DNA of 57,895 nt from Burkholderiales bacterium (lineage in GTDB: Bacteria > Pseudomonadota > Gammaproteobacteria > Burkholderiales > SG8-39). Positions 14,777-23,873 of this stretch are shown here, piece after piece; the stretch's first letter is position 1; every line of letters begins with the position of its first letter. Where the stretch lies: positions 8,507 to 66,401 of the forward strand of contig JBBDXL010000183.1 in assembly GCA_040902335.1 (NCBI GenBank), in the 5' to 3' direction. The position numbers and the translations under genes are program-made. The notes below the pieces were generated by a model. That model was not told the origin of the DNA and did no database searches. It was given only the letters and a program-made list of their open reading frames with translations.

Positions 14777-15547
14777 CTAGCCGGCGCGCAGCTCTACGAG
14801 CGCCGGCGCGTGGTCGGACGGGCGCTCCAGCCGGCGCGGCGCCTTGTCCACGGTGGCGCCGGTGCAGCGCTCGGCGAGGTCCGCCGAGAGCAGGATGTGA
14901 TCGATGCGCAGTCCGGCGTTGCGGCGAAACGCCATCATGCGGTAGTCCCACCAGGTGAAAATCCTGTCAGGCTGCTGCAACAGCCGAAAGCTGTCTTTCA
15001 GCCCCAGCTCGAGCAGTGCGCGCCACGCGGCGCGCTCGGGTTCGGAGACGTGCACCTGGCCCTCCCAGGCCTTCGGGTCGTGCACGTCGCGGTCTTCCGG
15101 CGCGACGTTGAAATCACCCGCCACCGCGAGGCGCGGATGCTTTTCGAGTTCCGCCCGCAGGTACTCGCGCAGCACAGCGAACCAGCGCAGCTTGTACTCG
15201 TACTTCTCGGAGCCCACCGCTTGCCCGTTCGGGCAGTACACGCACACCACGCGCACGTCCTGCACGGTGGCGGCGATGACACGCCTTTGCTCGTCGGCGA
15301 ATCCGGGGATGTCCAGGACGATCTCGGCGAGCGGCGTGCGCGACAGCAGCGCAACCCCGTTGTAGGTCTTCTGGCCGTTGGCCGCGCAGGCGTAGCCTGC
15401 GCCTTCGAGCTCGGCGCGCGGGAATTTCGCCGCCTCGGTCTTGAGCTCCTGCAGGCACACGACGTCGGGTTGCGCGGCAGCGAGCCACGCGAGCAGCTGC
15501 GGCAGGCGCACCTTCACCGAGTTGACGTTCCACGTCGCGAGGCGCAT
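14777..15547 (-). CDS. xth: Exodeoxyribonuclease III
   Basis: ATWNVNS, LQELK, GDFNVAP, RIDHIL, SDHAP. Confidence 0.97.
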   Translation of the reverse strand: MRLATWNVNSVKVRLPQLLAWLAAAQPDVVCLQELKTEAAKFPRAELEGAGYACAANGQKTYNGVALLSRTPLAEIVLDIPGFADEQRRVIAATVQDVRVVCVYCPNGQAVGSEKYEYKLRWFAVLREYLRAELEKHPRLAVAGDFNVAPEDRDVHDPKAWEGQVHVSEPERAAWRALLELGLKDSFRLLQQPDRIFTWWDYRMMAFRRNAGLRIDHILLSADLAERCTGATVDKAPRRLERPSDHAPALVELRAG

Positions 15548-15552
15548 TTGCG

Positions 15553-16008
15553 CTAAACGCCGGCTTCACCGGCTTGCGGTGTGATGGTAATGAACCTCGC
15601 CATTCGCGCGAGCTTCTCACTTTCGCTGTTCGTCAGCCCACCAATGATGTTGTCGGCACTGTCTCTGCGGGACCCATAGATCAGTGCGTGAGCGGGATTA
15701 GGCACTGCCCCACCTAATATGGGATCTCTAACCACCCGAAAACCTTCGGTTCTCACCTGCCCAACATTCAGTTGAACAACATGAAAGTTGCCATTGGTCT
15801 CACGGTCACGAGTCTGCTCCGGCGTGGAAAGCGAACCTAGATCCACCGATAGAGGCTCGTCGCGATTGTTTGGTTTCATCGCGCCAGACATTGGTCGATA
15901 CCCTCCGCCATTGGCTTCCCGGACAACGTCTGGGGAAGGGAAAACGCGGTAGAGGAGCAGCTCCCCGTTCGGGATCGAGATATCGTCGGCTGGCCGAAGA
16001 TCTGCCAT
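15553..16008 (-). CDS. Hypothetical protein, putative ADP-ribosyltransferase-fold toxin
   Basis: ELLLYR...RPMSGAM...LSVD...VVRDP...NPAHALIYG resembles the R...S ART core; fold assignment is inference. Confidence 0.6.
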   Translation of the reverse strand: MADLRPADDISIPNGELLLYRVFPSPDVVREANGGGYRPMSGAMKPNNRDEPLSVDLGSLSTPEQTRDRETNGNFHVVQLNVGQVRTEGFRVVRDPILGGAVPNPAHALIYGSRRDSADNIIGGLTNSESEKLARMARFITITPQAGEAGV

Positions 16009-16029
16009 GGCCGCCGACTCGATACTAAA

Positions 16030-16476
16030 TTAGAGCGACGCCAGCCAATAGAAAAGTGCAGCCAGATCCATTTGGGGACCGTCTTCGATTGGCACTCCGT
16101 TTTCGACACGAAGCGCCTCGATTTGACAGTCAGGCTCGATTGAAATTTCGAGCTCACGATGACCAATAGACCACTCAAGGTGATAACCGCCCCCAGAGGA
16201 CGGAATAATTCGCGGTGCGGGGAACAGCCCGCCAGGCACCTTCATCAAGAGTTCTATCGCTGTCTGGCGGACCGCTAGGCTTGGAGCCTGGCTACCGTGG
16301 CTATCCCAGTTCGGCCCCAGCGTGCCAAACCTAATCACTTTTTGAATCGCCTCGCTCCTCCATTGCTCCATCCCACCGATCACAGGGATGGCATCATTCA
16401 CTGTACTGCCCGCCAGGAAGCGCGAATGCGAATATGCCGGCAAAGTGACTTTGTTAGTAGCCGCAGCTGAGCTCAT
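16030..16476 (-). CDS. Hypothetical protein (NWDSxG...P...GG..LEW pattern), putative antitoxin
   Basis: ATG 16476 overlaps the upstream stop (ATGA); LGPNWDSHGSQAP, IIPSSGGGYHLEW, ELEISIEPD. Confidence 0.65.
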   Translation of the reverse strand: MSSAAATNKVTLPAYSHSRFLAGSTVNDAIPVIGGMEQWRSEAIQKVIRFGTLGPNWDSHGSQAPSLAVRQTAIELLMKVPGGLFPAPRIIPSSGGGYHLEWSIGHRELEISIEPDCQIEALRVENGVPIEDGPQMDLAALFYWLASL

Positions 16477-17324
16477 TGTTTTTCCCAAACCTCGTGCATC
16501 TCTGATGTCGTGAAATCGGCGAATCCTCGAACGACCCATTTCCTACCTAGATCGAGCCACGCAAACACATCCTCTTCACTAGGCGATTTAGGCGCTCCTC
16601 GCGCCGTCAGAGTCATCTGAAGGACCTCTTTGCCATCTCGTCCGCGTATCACTGGAGAAAACACTACATGCAGTCGACCGGCGTCGCCGTCGAAACAGTA
16701 AGTCACTTGCATGCCAACCCGCTCAGGGACAGGCAAAAACCTGTTCTTGGATCTCGGTGTCGCCAAGGATGCAATTACCCGATCCAACTCGCCGTAGCCA
16801 TGCCATCCCTTCTCGTACTCGATATTGTTAACGTAAGTAACTTCACACTGATTGATCTTGGGCCGCTCTAGCTTCTCGTCCTTCAAGAATTCGCAGAAGC
16901 GTCCCCATTCCGTTTCGAGGGATGCCCGAAGAAAGGGATAGCGTGGATACTGCTCTGTTCCAGTGATCTTGCGCCAGTTGTGGACAAATCGGTCACGTTG
17001 CACTTGGATTAAACGGGTTCGGCTCTGGTCCAAGTACCAGCACCGAAGATCGGGCTCCCTCATGAACGCAAGGCCCAACTGTCTTCCGGCAGGTGATGTT
17101 GGTCCAAACTGTTCAGTGATGTTCGCGATAAGTCCGTGCGTTTCGACATGCGGAAACTGATCACGCACTCTCTGCCAATAAAGACCGAAGTGCGGGATAT
17201 TGAACCCTGGAATCGGCGCAAACTGTAGCGAGAGCGCCGTTTCGTCTACGGGAGGCTGCGCGAAGTCGGGGAGGCCGCTATTGGTCGTAGCGCTCGATGC
17301 CATTGGGGAAGGCTTCGAAGCCAC
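16473..17324 (-). CDS. TIGR04255-family-like protein
   Basis: LPDFAQPPVDETALSLQF, LIQVQRDRFVHNW..YPRY, TYVNNI, F..FTT..MH..W; start GTG 17324 or ATG 17303; family recognised from memory. Confidence 0.75.
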   Translation of the reverse strand: MASKPSPMASSATTNSGLPDFAQPPVDETALSLQFAPIPGFNIPHFGLYWQRVRDQFPHVETHGLIANITEQFGPTSPAGRQLGLAFMREPDLRCWYLDQSRTRLIQVQRDRFVHNWRKITGTEQYPRYPFLRASLETEWGRFCEFLKDEKLERPKINQCEVTYVNNIEYEKGWHGYGELDRVIASLATPRSKNRFLPVPERVGMQVTYCFDGDAGRLHVVFSPVIRGRDGKEVLQMTLTARGAPKSPSEEDVFAWLDLGRKWVVRGFADFTTSEMHEVWEKQ

Positions 17325-17456
17325 GAATTCTAGAGTGCGAAGGAGATCATTGAACTTGCAGAAGACAAGCAGTTAAACGTGTTCCCTGAGGCTTGCGACT
17401 ACGCTGTAACTCAAGCCTACAGAGCCGCGCATAAAAGTCGGCGGCGAAGTGAATCG

Positions 17457-17485
17457 ATTGTCATATCGACGGCTCCCCGTGTCAA
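17457..17485 (-). promoter_or_regulatory. Candidate sigma70 promoter of the islet operon
   Basis: Minus strand TTGACA-N17-GACAAT (perfect -35, 4/6 -10). Confidence 0.6.
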
Positions 17486-17648
17486 CGCCATGCGGCACAC
17501 TCATCGGCCCAAATTGGACCATCTTAAATATGACTGTCTTTCAATGAGGTAGGTTCACTTAGTAAGGTTGAGCGATTACGCTCAGGGCCCAACGTCCTGT
17601 GAGACTGGGGCGAGACTGAGTTGGCCTAAAACGGCGACGCGGCGCGCG

Positions 17649-18218
17649 CTAGCGCGGCTTGTAGGGGCCGGCCGGCGCTTCTTCTGCCGGCGGCGCCTCG
17701 CTGGCCGCGGGCTCGGCGGGCGCCGGCTTCGGCTCGGCCTGGCTGCGAGGCGGCACGATGCCGGTACGCGGATAGCCCGCGACGTCGAGCAGCGAATGGT
17801 AGGCGCCCGGCTCGAAGCCTTTCAGCGTGCTCGTGCCGACGACGACGGCGGGCACGGAAAGACTCCCCACCGCCTTGCGCAGCTGTTCGGACTCCTGCTC
17901 GCCGACCACGCTCACCTCGCGGAACGGAACGCCGCGCTGGTTGAGCAGCGTGCGCGCGAGACCGCAAGGCGCGCACTCGGGTGCCGTGAAGAGCGTGACC
18001 GGGTAGTTCTTGGCGGCGAGCTGCACCGCATAGGGCTGGGCAGCGCCGGACGCGGCGGCGGGGGCGGTGTCGAGCGCGCGCTTGCGCACGTCTTTCGCCG
18101 AGGGCGGCGGCGGCGTGTCGGTGACGTGCACGCGGCCCTTCTCGTCGGTCCAGCGGTAGAGTTGCGCACTCGCGGCGCAGGCGGCGCCGAGCAGTACGGC
18201 AAAGATCACGCTGCGCAT
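17649..18218 (-). CDS. Exported DUF4124 plus glutaredoxin-domain protein
   Basis: Signal peptide, QLYRWTDEKGRVHVTDTPPP, PVTLFT..ECAPC, SVP cis-Pro motif. Confidence 0.85.
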   Translation of the reverse strand: MRSVIFAVLLGAACAASAQLYRWTDEKGRVHVTDTPPPPSAKDVRKRALDTAPAAASGAAQPYAVQLAAKNYPVTLFTAPECAPCGLARTLLNQRGVPFREVSVVGEQESEQLRKAVGSLSVPAVVVGTSTLKGFEPGAYHSLLDVAGYPRTGIVPPRSQAEPKPAPAEPAASEAPPAEEAPAGPYKPR

Positions 18219-18249
18219 TCGCGATCCTCCTGTTTTTCCAGCAGTTTCC

Positions 18250-20280
18250 CTACGCGGCGATCATACCATTGTGGCGCAGCAGCGCTTCCACGCGCGGCTC
18301 GCGCCCGCGGAAGGCGTGGAACGACTCGGCCGCCGGACGGCTGCCGCCGACGGCGAGCACCTCGTCGCGAAAGCGCGCGCCGGTGGTCGCATCGAGAACC
18401 TCGCGCGCCTCCTCGAACGCGGCATAGGCGTCCGCCGAGAGCACCTCCGCCCACTTGTAGCTGTAGTAGCCCGCGGCGTAGCCGCCCGCGAAAATGTGCG
18501 AGAAGCTGTTGGCAAAGCGGTTCCACTCGGGCGGCACCAGCACCGCGACTTGCGCGCGCACCTCGCGCAGCAGATCGAGCACGCTGCGCAGAGCCGGGTC
18601 AAAATCCCAGTGCAGGCGCATGTCGAACACCGCGAACTCGATCTGGCGCAGCATGGCGAGTCCCGCCTGGAAGTTCTTCGCCGCGAGCATCCTGTCGTGG
18701 AGCGCGCGCGGCAGCGGCGCACCCGTGTCGACGTGGCGCGTCATGTGCCGGAGCACGTCCCACTCCCAGCAGAAGTTCTCCATGAACTGGCTGGGCAGCT
18801 CGACCGCGTCCCATTCCACGCCGTTGATGCCCGAGACGCCCAGGTCGTCGACCCGCGTGAGCAGGTGGTGCAGGCCGTGGCCGAACTCGTGGAACAGCGT
18901 CAGCACCTCGTCGTGCGTGAAAAGCGCGGGCCGCGCGCCGACCGGACGCGAGAAGTTGCACACCACGTGCGCGACCGGCGTCTGCACGGCTTCGCCGAGG
19001 CGCCGGCGCGAGATCGCATCATCCATCCACGCACCGCCGCGCTTGGTATCGCGCGCGTACAGGTCGATGTAGAACTGGCCGACAAGGCCGCCGCGCGCGT
19101 CGCGCACGTCGAAGAAGCGCGCCTCGCCGTGCCAGAGCGGCGCGCTGGAAGGCGCGATGCGCACGCCGTACAGCGTTTCCACGAGTCGAAACAGTCCCGC
19201 CAGCACCGCGTCCTCGGGGAAGTACTGCTTCACCTCCTGGTCGGAGAACGCGTAGCGCCGCTGGCGCAGCCTTTCGGAGGCGAAGGGCAGGTCCCAGACC
19301 TCGAGGCGGGGAAGCCCCAGCTCGTCGCGCGCGAAGGCCTCGAGCTCGGTGCGGTCGCGCTCGGCGTGCGGGCGGGCGCGCCGCGCCAGGTCCTCGAGGA
19401 ACTCGAGCACCTGCGCCGGCGACTCGGCCATCTTGGGCACCAGCGACAGATCGGCGTAGCTCGGGTAGCCGAGCAGCCGCGCCGCCTCGCGGCGCAGCGG
19501 CAGGACGCGCGCGATGAGCGCCGTGTTGTCGAGCTCGGGCTGGCCGAACTCGGAGGCGCGCGTGGCGTATGCGCGGTAAAGGGCCTCGCGCAGCGCGCGG
19601 TCTTCGGCGTACTGCATCACCGGCAGGTAGGACGGCATGTGCAACGTGAATCTCCAGCCGCGCTCGCCGTCCTTTCGCGCCGCCTGCAGTACGTCCTGCG
19701 GAATGCCGGCGAGGCGCGCCTCGTCCTCGATGACGAGACAGAAGGCGTTGGTGGCATCGAGCAGGTTCTCGGAGAACTTCGCCCCCAGGCGCGCCAGCTC
19801 GTCCTGGATCTGCGCATAGCGCGGCTTCAGGTCCACGGGCAGCTCCGCCCCGCCGAGCCGGAAATCGCGCAGGGCGTTCTCGACGATGCGCTGCCGCGCC
19901 GGCGTAAGGGCGGCGAACGCCGGCGAGTCGCGCAGCGCGCGGTATTTCGCGAACAGCGCCTCGTTGTGGCCGAGCTCGGTCCAGAACTGCGTCAGCTTCG
20001 GCAGGTTCTCGTTGTACGCGGCGCGCAGCTCGGGGCTGTCGAGCACCGCGTGCAGGTGCGACACCTGTCCCCACGCGCGACCCAGGCGCTCGCCGGCGTC
20101 CTCGAGCGGCGCGACGAACTGGTCCCACTCCGGCGGCGCCTGCTCGGCGCGCGTCACCGCGGCGCGCGCTTCGGCGAGCAGGAGGTCGATGGCGGGCGTG
20201 ACGTGCTCGTGGCGGATGTCCGCGTAGCGCGGCAGCCCGGCAAAATCCAGCAGGGGATTATTCGGCAGCAATTTGTCCAA
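18250..20280 (-). CDS. prlC: Oligopeptidase A (M3)
   Basis: NPLL, KRGGAWM, HEFGH zinc motif, VELPSQFMEN, GYYSYKWAEVL; TTG start overlapping folD. Confidence 0.96.
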   Translation of the reverse strand: MDKLLPNNPLLDFAGLPRYADIRHEHVTPAIDLLLAEARAAVTRAEQAPPEWDQFVAPLEDAGERLGRAWGQVSHLHAVLDSPELRAAYNENLPKLTQFWTELGHNEALFAKYRALRDSPAFAALTPARQRIVENALRDFRLGGAELPVDLKPRYAQIQDELARLGAKFSENLLDATNAFCLVIEDEARLAGIPQDVLQAARKDGERGWRFTLHMPSYLPVMQYAEDRALREALYRAYATRASEFGQPELDNTALIARVLPLRREAARLLGYPSYADLSLVPKMAESPAQVLEFLEDLARRARPHAERDRTELEAFARDELGLPRLEVWDLPFASERLRQRRYAFSDQEVKQYFPEDAVLAGLFRLVETLYGVRIAPSSAPLWHGEARFFDVRDARGGLVGQFYIDLYARDTKRGGAWMDDAISRRRLGEAVQTPVAHVVCNFSRPVGARPALFTHDEVLTLFHEFGHGLHHLLTRVDDLGVSGINGVEWDAVELPSQFMENFCWEWDVLRHMTRHVDTGAPLPRALHDRMLAAKNFQAGLAMLRQIEFAVFDMRLHWDFDPALRSVLDLLREVRAQVAVLVPPEWNRFANSFSHIFAGGYAAGYYSYKWAEVLSADAYAAFEEAREVLDATTGARFRDEVLAVGGSRPAAESFHAFRGREPRVEALLRHNGMIAA

Positions 20281-21124
20281 GCGCGAGCTCCGTGGCGCGT
20301 ACCGTGTTGGCGACCAGCATGGCGACGGTCATCGGCCCCACGCCGCCCGGGACCGGGGTCAGCCAGCCGGCGACCGGCGCGACCGCAGCCGCATCGACGT
20401 CGCCCACCAGCTTACCGTCCTCGCCGCGGTGAATGCCCACGTCCACGACGCAGGCACCGGGCTTCACCATCTCCGCGCCGACGAGGCGCGGCGCGCCCGC
20501 GGCGGCGACCAGCACGTCGGCCTCGCGCGCCAGCGCGGCCAGGTGCGTGGTCCTGGAATGGCAGATGGTGACGGTGGCGTCCTTTTGCAAGAGCAGGAGC
20601 GCGAGCGGCTTGCCGACGATGCTGGAGCGGCCGATGACCACCGCGCGCCGGCCCGCCAGCGGCACGCCGGCGTGCTCGAGCAGGCGCATGACGCCCGCGG
20701 GCGTGCACGGCACGAAGCGCGGCCGGCCGCGCAGCAGCAGGCCGAGGTTGTCGGCGTGGAAGCCGTCCACGTCCTTCGTCGGCGAGACCGCCGCCAGCAC
20801 GCGCTCGGCGTTCACGCCGCGCGGCAGCGGCAGCTGCACCAGGATGCCGTGCACGCGGGCATCGGCATTCAGCGCGGCGACGCGCTCGAGTATCGCCTGT
20901 TCGGACGCCTGCGCCGGCAGCTCGTGCGATTCGGAGCGCACGCCGGTCTGCTCGCAGGCGCGGATCTTGTTTCGCACGTACAAGCGCGACGCCGCATCGT
21001 CGCCCACGACGAGCGCCGCCAGGCCCGGGCGCGCGCCGCGCGCGGCGAGCGCCGCCACCGCCGGCTTGAGCGCGGCGCGCAGCTCGGCGGCGAGCGCCTT
21101 GCCGTCGATGATTCTCGCAGCCAT
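20258..21124 (-). CDS. folD: Methylenetetrahydrofolate dehydrogenase/cyclohydrolase
   Basis: IIDGK, YVRNK, KDVDGFH, PCTP, TPVPGGVGPMT; start ATG 21124. Confidence 0.97.
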   Translation of the reverse strand: MAARIIDGKALAAELRAALKPAVAALAARGARPGLAALVVGDDAASRLYVRNKIRACEQTGVRSESHELPAQASEQAILERVAALNADARVHGILVQLPLPRGVNAERVLAAVSPTKDVDGFHADNLGLLLRGRPRFVPCTPAGVMRLLEHAGVPLAGRRAVVIGRSSIVGKPLALLLLQKDATVTICHSRTTHLAALAREADVLVAAAGAPRLVGAEMVKPGACVVDVGIHRGEDGKLVGDVDAAAVAPVAGWLTPVPGGVGPMTVAMLVANTVRATELALGQIAAE

Positions 21125-21182
21125 GTGTTGCATAATACGATGACCCGAAGCGCATCCCCGAAGGCCACGAGCTGGAGGACCC

Positions 21183-23873
21183 ATGTCCGCCGTTCCACAA
21201 CATCCCGCCGCGAACGACAGCGACACGCTCGAAACCCAGGAATGGCTCGACGCGCTGGAGGCGGTGCTCGAGCGCGAAGGGCCCGAGCGCGCGCATTTCC
21301 TGCTCGAGCGGCTGGTGGAGAAGGCGCGCACCAGCGGCGCGTACATCCCGTTCTCGCCGTATACGCCTTACGTCAACACGATTCCACCGCACCTGGAGGA
21401 GCGCTCGCCGGGCGACCATGCGCTGGAAGAGCGCATCCGCTCGTATTGCCGCTGGAACGCGATGGTGATGGTGGCGAAGGCGAACAAGTCCGACGACGAG
21501 CTCGGCGGGCACATCGCCAGCTTCGCCTCGGTGGGCACGCTGTTCGGCATCGGCCAGCACCACTTCTGGCACGCGCCCCACGACGGGCACGGCGGCGACC
21601 TCATCTACTTCCAGGGGCATTCGTCACCCGGCATCTACGCGCGCGCGCTGCTCGAGGGGCGCATCAACGAGGAGCGGCTGCTCAACTTTCGCCGCGAGGT
21701 GGACGGCAAGGGCGTGTCTTCCTATCCGCACCCCTGGCTGATGCCCGATTACTGGCAGTTCCCGACCGTGTCGATGGGCCTGGGGCCGATCCAGGCGATC
21801 TACATGGCGCGCTACCTGAAGTACCTGCATGCGCGCGGCTTTGCGGACACGGCTAACCGCAAGGTGTGGGTGTTCTGCGGCGACGGCGAGATGGACGAGC
21901 CCGAGTCGCTCGGCGCCATCGGCTTCGCCTCGCGCGAGAAGCTCGACAACCTGATCTTCATCGTCAACTGCAACCTGCAGCGCCTGGACGGCCCGGTGCG
22001 CGGCAACGGCAAGATCATCCAGGAGCTGGAGGGCGACTTCCGCGGCGCCGGCTGGAACGTGATCAAGGTGATCTGGGGCTCGTACTGGGACCCGCTGTTC
22101 GCGCGCGACAAGGAAGGGCGGCTGCTGCGCATCATGGAGGACACCGTCGACGGCGAGTACCAGAACTACAAAGCGAACGACGGCGCCTTCGTGAGGAAGC
22201 ATTTCTTCGGCAAGGACCCGAAGACGCTGGAGCTCGTGTCGCGCATGACCGACGAGGACGTCTGGCGCCTGAACCGCGGCGGCCACGACCCGCACAAGAT
22301 CTACGCCGCCTACGCCGCGGCGGTGAAGCACAAGGGCCAGCCGACGGTGATCCTCGCCAAGACCATCAAGGGCTACGGCCTGGGCAAGCAGGGCCAGGCG
22401 AAGAACCCGACGCACCAGCTGAAGAAGGTCGACACCTCGACCATCAAGGAGATGCGCGATCGCTTCAACATCCCGATTCCCGACGACAAGCTTGCGGAGC
22501 TGCCGTTCTACGTGCCGCCGCCGGACTCACCGGAGATGAAGTACCTGCACGAGCGGCGCCAGGCGCTCGGCGGCTTCCTGCCGCAGCGGCGGCGCAAGGC
22601 GGACGCGGCGCCCGCGGTGCCCCCGCTCTCGGCGTTCGATGCGGTGCTGAAGGGCTCGGGCGAAGGCCGTGAGATCTCGACCACCATGGCGTTCGTGCGG
22701 CTGCTCACGGCGCTGGTGCGCGACAAGGAGCTCGGCAAGCGCATCGTGCCCATCGTGCCCGACGAGGCGCGCACCTTCGGCATGGAAGGCATGTTCCGGC
22801 AGCTCGGCATCTTCGCGCCGGAAGGGCAGAAGTACGAGCCGGTGGACCGGGACCAGGTGATGTACTACCGCGAGGACAAGCAGGGCCAGATCCTCGAGGA
22901 AGGCATCAACGAGGCGGGCGCCTTCTCCTCCTGGATCGCGGCGGCCACCTCGTACAGCCACTCCAACGTGGTGACCGTGCCCTTCTACATCTTCTACTCG
23001 ATGTTCGGCATGCAGAGGATCGGCGATCTCGCCTGGGCGGCGGCCGACCAGCGCGCGCGCGGCTTTCTGCTCGGCGCCACGGCCGGGCGCACCACGCTGA
23101 ACGGCGAAGGACTGCAGCACGAAGACGGGCATTCGCACGTGCTCGCCTCGGTGATCCCGAACTGCGTTTCCTACGACCCGACCTACGGCTACGAGCTCGC
23201 GGTGATCGTGCATGACGGCCTGCGCCGCATGCTCGCGGAGCAGCAAGACGTCTTCTACTACCTGACGGTGATGAACGAGAACTACGAGCACCCGGCGATG
23301 CCCGAGGGCGTCGAGGCAGGGATCCTCAAGGGCATGTACCTGCTGCGCGAGTCGAAGTCCAAGGCGAAGGCGCGCGTGCAGCTCATGGGCTCGGGCACCA
23401 TCCTGCGCGAAGTCGAGGCGGCCGCCGAGTTGCTGGAGCAGGACTGGGGCGTCGCGGCCGACGTGTGGAGCGCGACCAGCTTCACCGAGCTCAGGCGCGA
23501 CGGGCTCGCCGCGGAACGCTGGAACCTGCTGCATCCGGAGGACAAGCCGCGCACGCCCCATGTGACGCAGGCGCTCGCCCAGCGCCCGGCGGGACCGGTG
23601 GTGGCGGCGAGCGACTACATCAAGACCTTCGCCGACCAGATCCGGCCGTTCGTGCCGAAAGAGCGCATTTACCGCGTCCTCGGCACCGACGGCTTCGGGC
23701 GCTCGGATTCGCGCGCGAAGCTCAGGCACTTCTTCGAAGTCGACCGCAACTTCGTCGCCATCGCGGCGCTCAAGGCGCTCGCCGAACAGGGCGAGGGCAG
23801 GGCGAAGGCGGTGGCCGAGGCCATCAAGAAGTACCGCATCGACGCCGACAAGCCGGATCCGACGACGGTATGA
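21183..23873 (+). CDS. aceE: Pyruvate dehydrogenase E1 (homodimeric)
   Basis: ETQEWLDAL, GDGEMDEPES TPP motif, LGTDGFGRSD; RBS GGAGG. Confidence 0.98.
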   Translation: MSAVPQHPAANDSDTLETQEWLDALEAVLEREGPERAHFLLERLVEKARTSGAYIPFSPYTPYVNTIPPHLEERSPGDHALEERIRSYCRWNAMVMVAKANKSDDELGGHIASFASVGTLFGIGQHHFWHAPHDGHGGDLIYFQGHSSPGIYARALLEGRINEERLLNFRREVDGKGVSSYPHPWLMPDYWQFPTVSMGLGPIQAIYMARYLKYLHARGFADTANRKVWVFCGDGEMDEPESLGAIGFASREKLDNLIFIVNCNLQRLDGPVRGNGKIIQELEGDFRGAGWNVIKVIWGSYWDPLFARDKEGRLLRIMEDTVDGEYQNYKANDGAFVRKHFFGKDPKTLELVSRMTDEDVWRLNRGGHDPHKIYAAYAAAVKHKGQPTVILAKTIKGYGLGKQGQAKNPTHQLKKVDTSTIKEMRDRFNIPIPDDKLAELPFYVPPPDSPEMKYLHERRQALGGFLPQRRRKADAAPAVPPLSAFDAVLKGSGEGREISTTMAFVRLLTALVRDKELGKRIVPIVPDEARTFGMEGMFRQLGIFAPEGQKYEPVDRDQVMYYREDKQGQILEEGINEAGAFSSWIAAATSYSHSNVVTVPFYIFYSMFGMQRIGDLAWAAADQRARGFLLGATAGRTTLNGEGLQHEDGHSHVLASVIPNCVSYDPTYGYELAVIVHDGLRRMLAEQQDVFYYLTVMNENYEHPAMPEGVEAGILKGMYLLRESKSKAKARVQLMGSGTILREVEAAAELLEQDWGVAADVWSATSFTELRRDGLAAERWNLLHPEDKPRTPHVTQALAQRPAGPVVAASDYIKTFADQIRPFVPKERIYRVLGTDGFGRSDSRAKLRHFFEVDRNFVAIAALKALAEQGEGRAKAVAEAIKKYRIDADKPDPTTV

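Larger units (their letters stand above)
15548..17640. other. Lower-GC accessory islet
   Basis: GC drops to about 50-55% (line 15721-15780 is 30/60 G+C) with many A/T-ending codons; boundaries approximate; no mobility gene. Confidence 0.85.

Noticed and set aside
15876-17160. Small extra ORFs inside the islet (15876-16178 -, 16668-16871 +, 16963-17160 +)
   Set aside because: They overlap the three better-supported genes and show no recognisable motifs
15548-17648. Islet as an IS, prophage remnant or integron cassette
   Set aside because: No transposase or integrase, no clean terminal repeats, target duplication or convincing attC; junction similarity is weak
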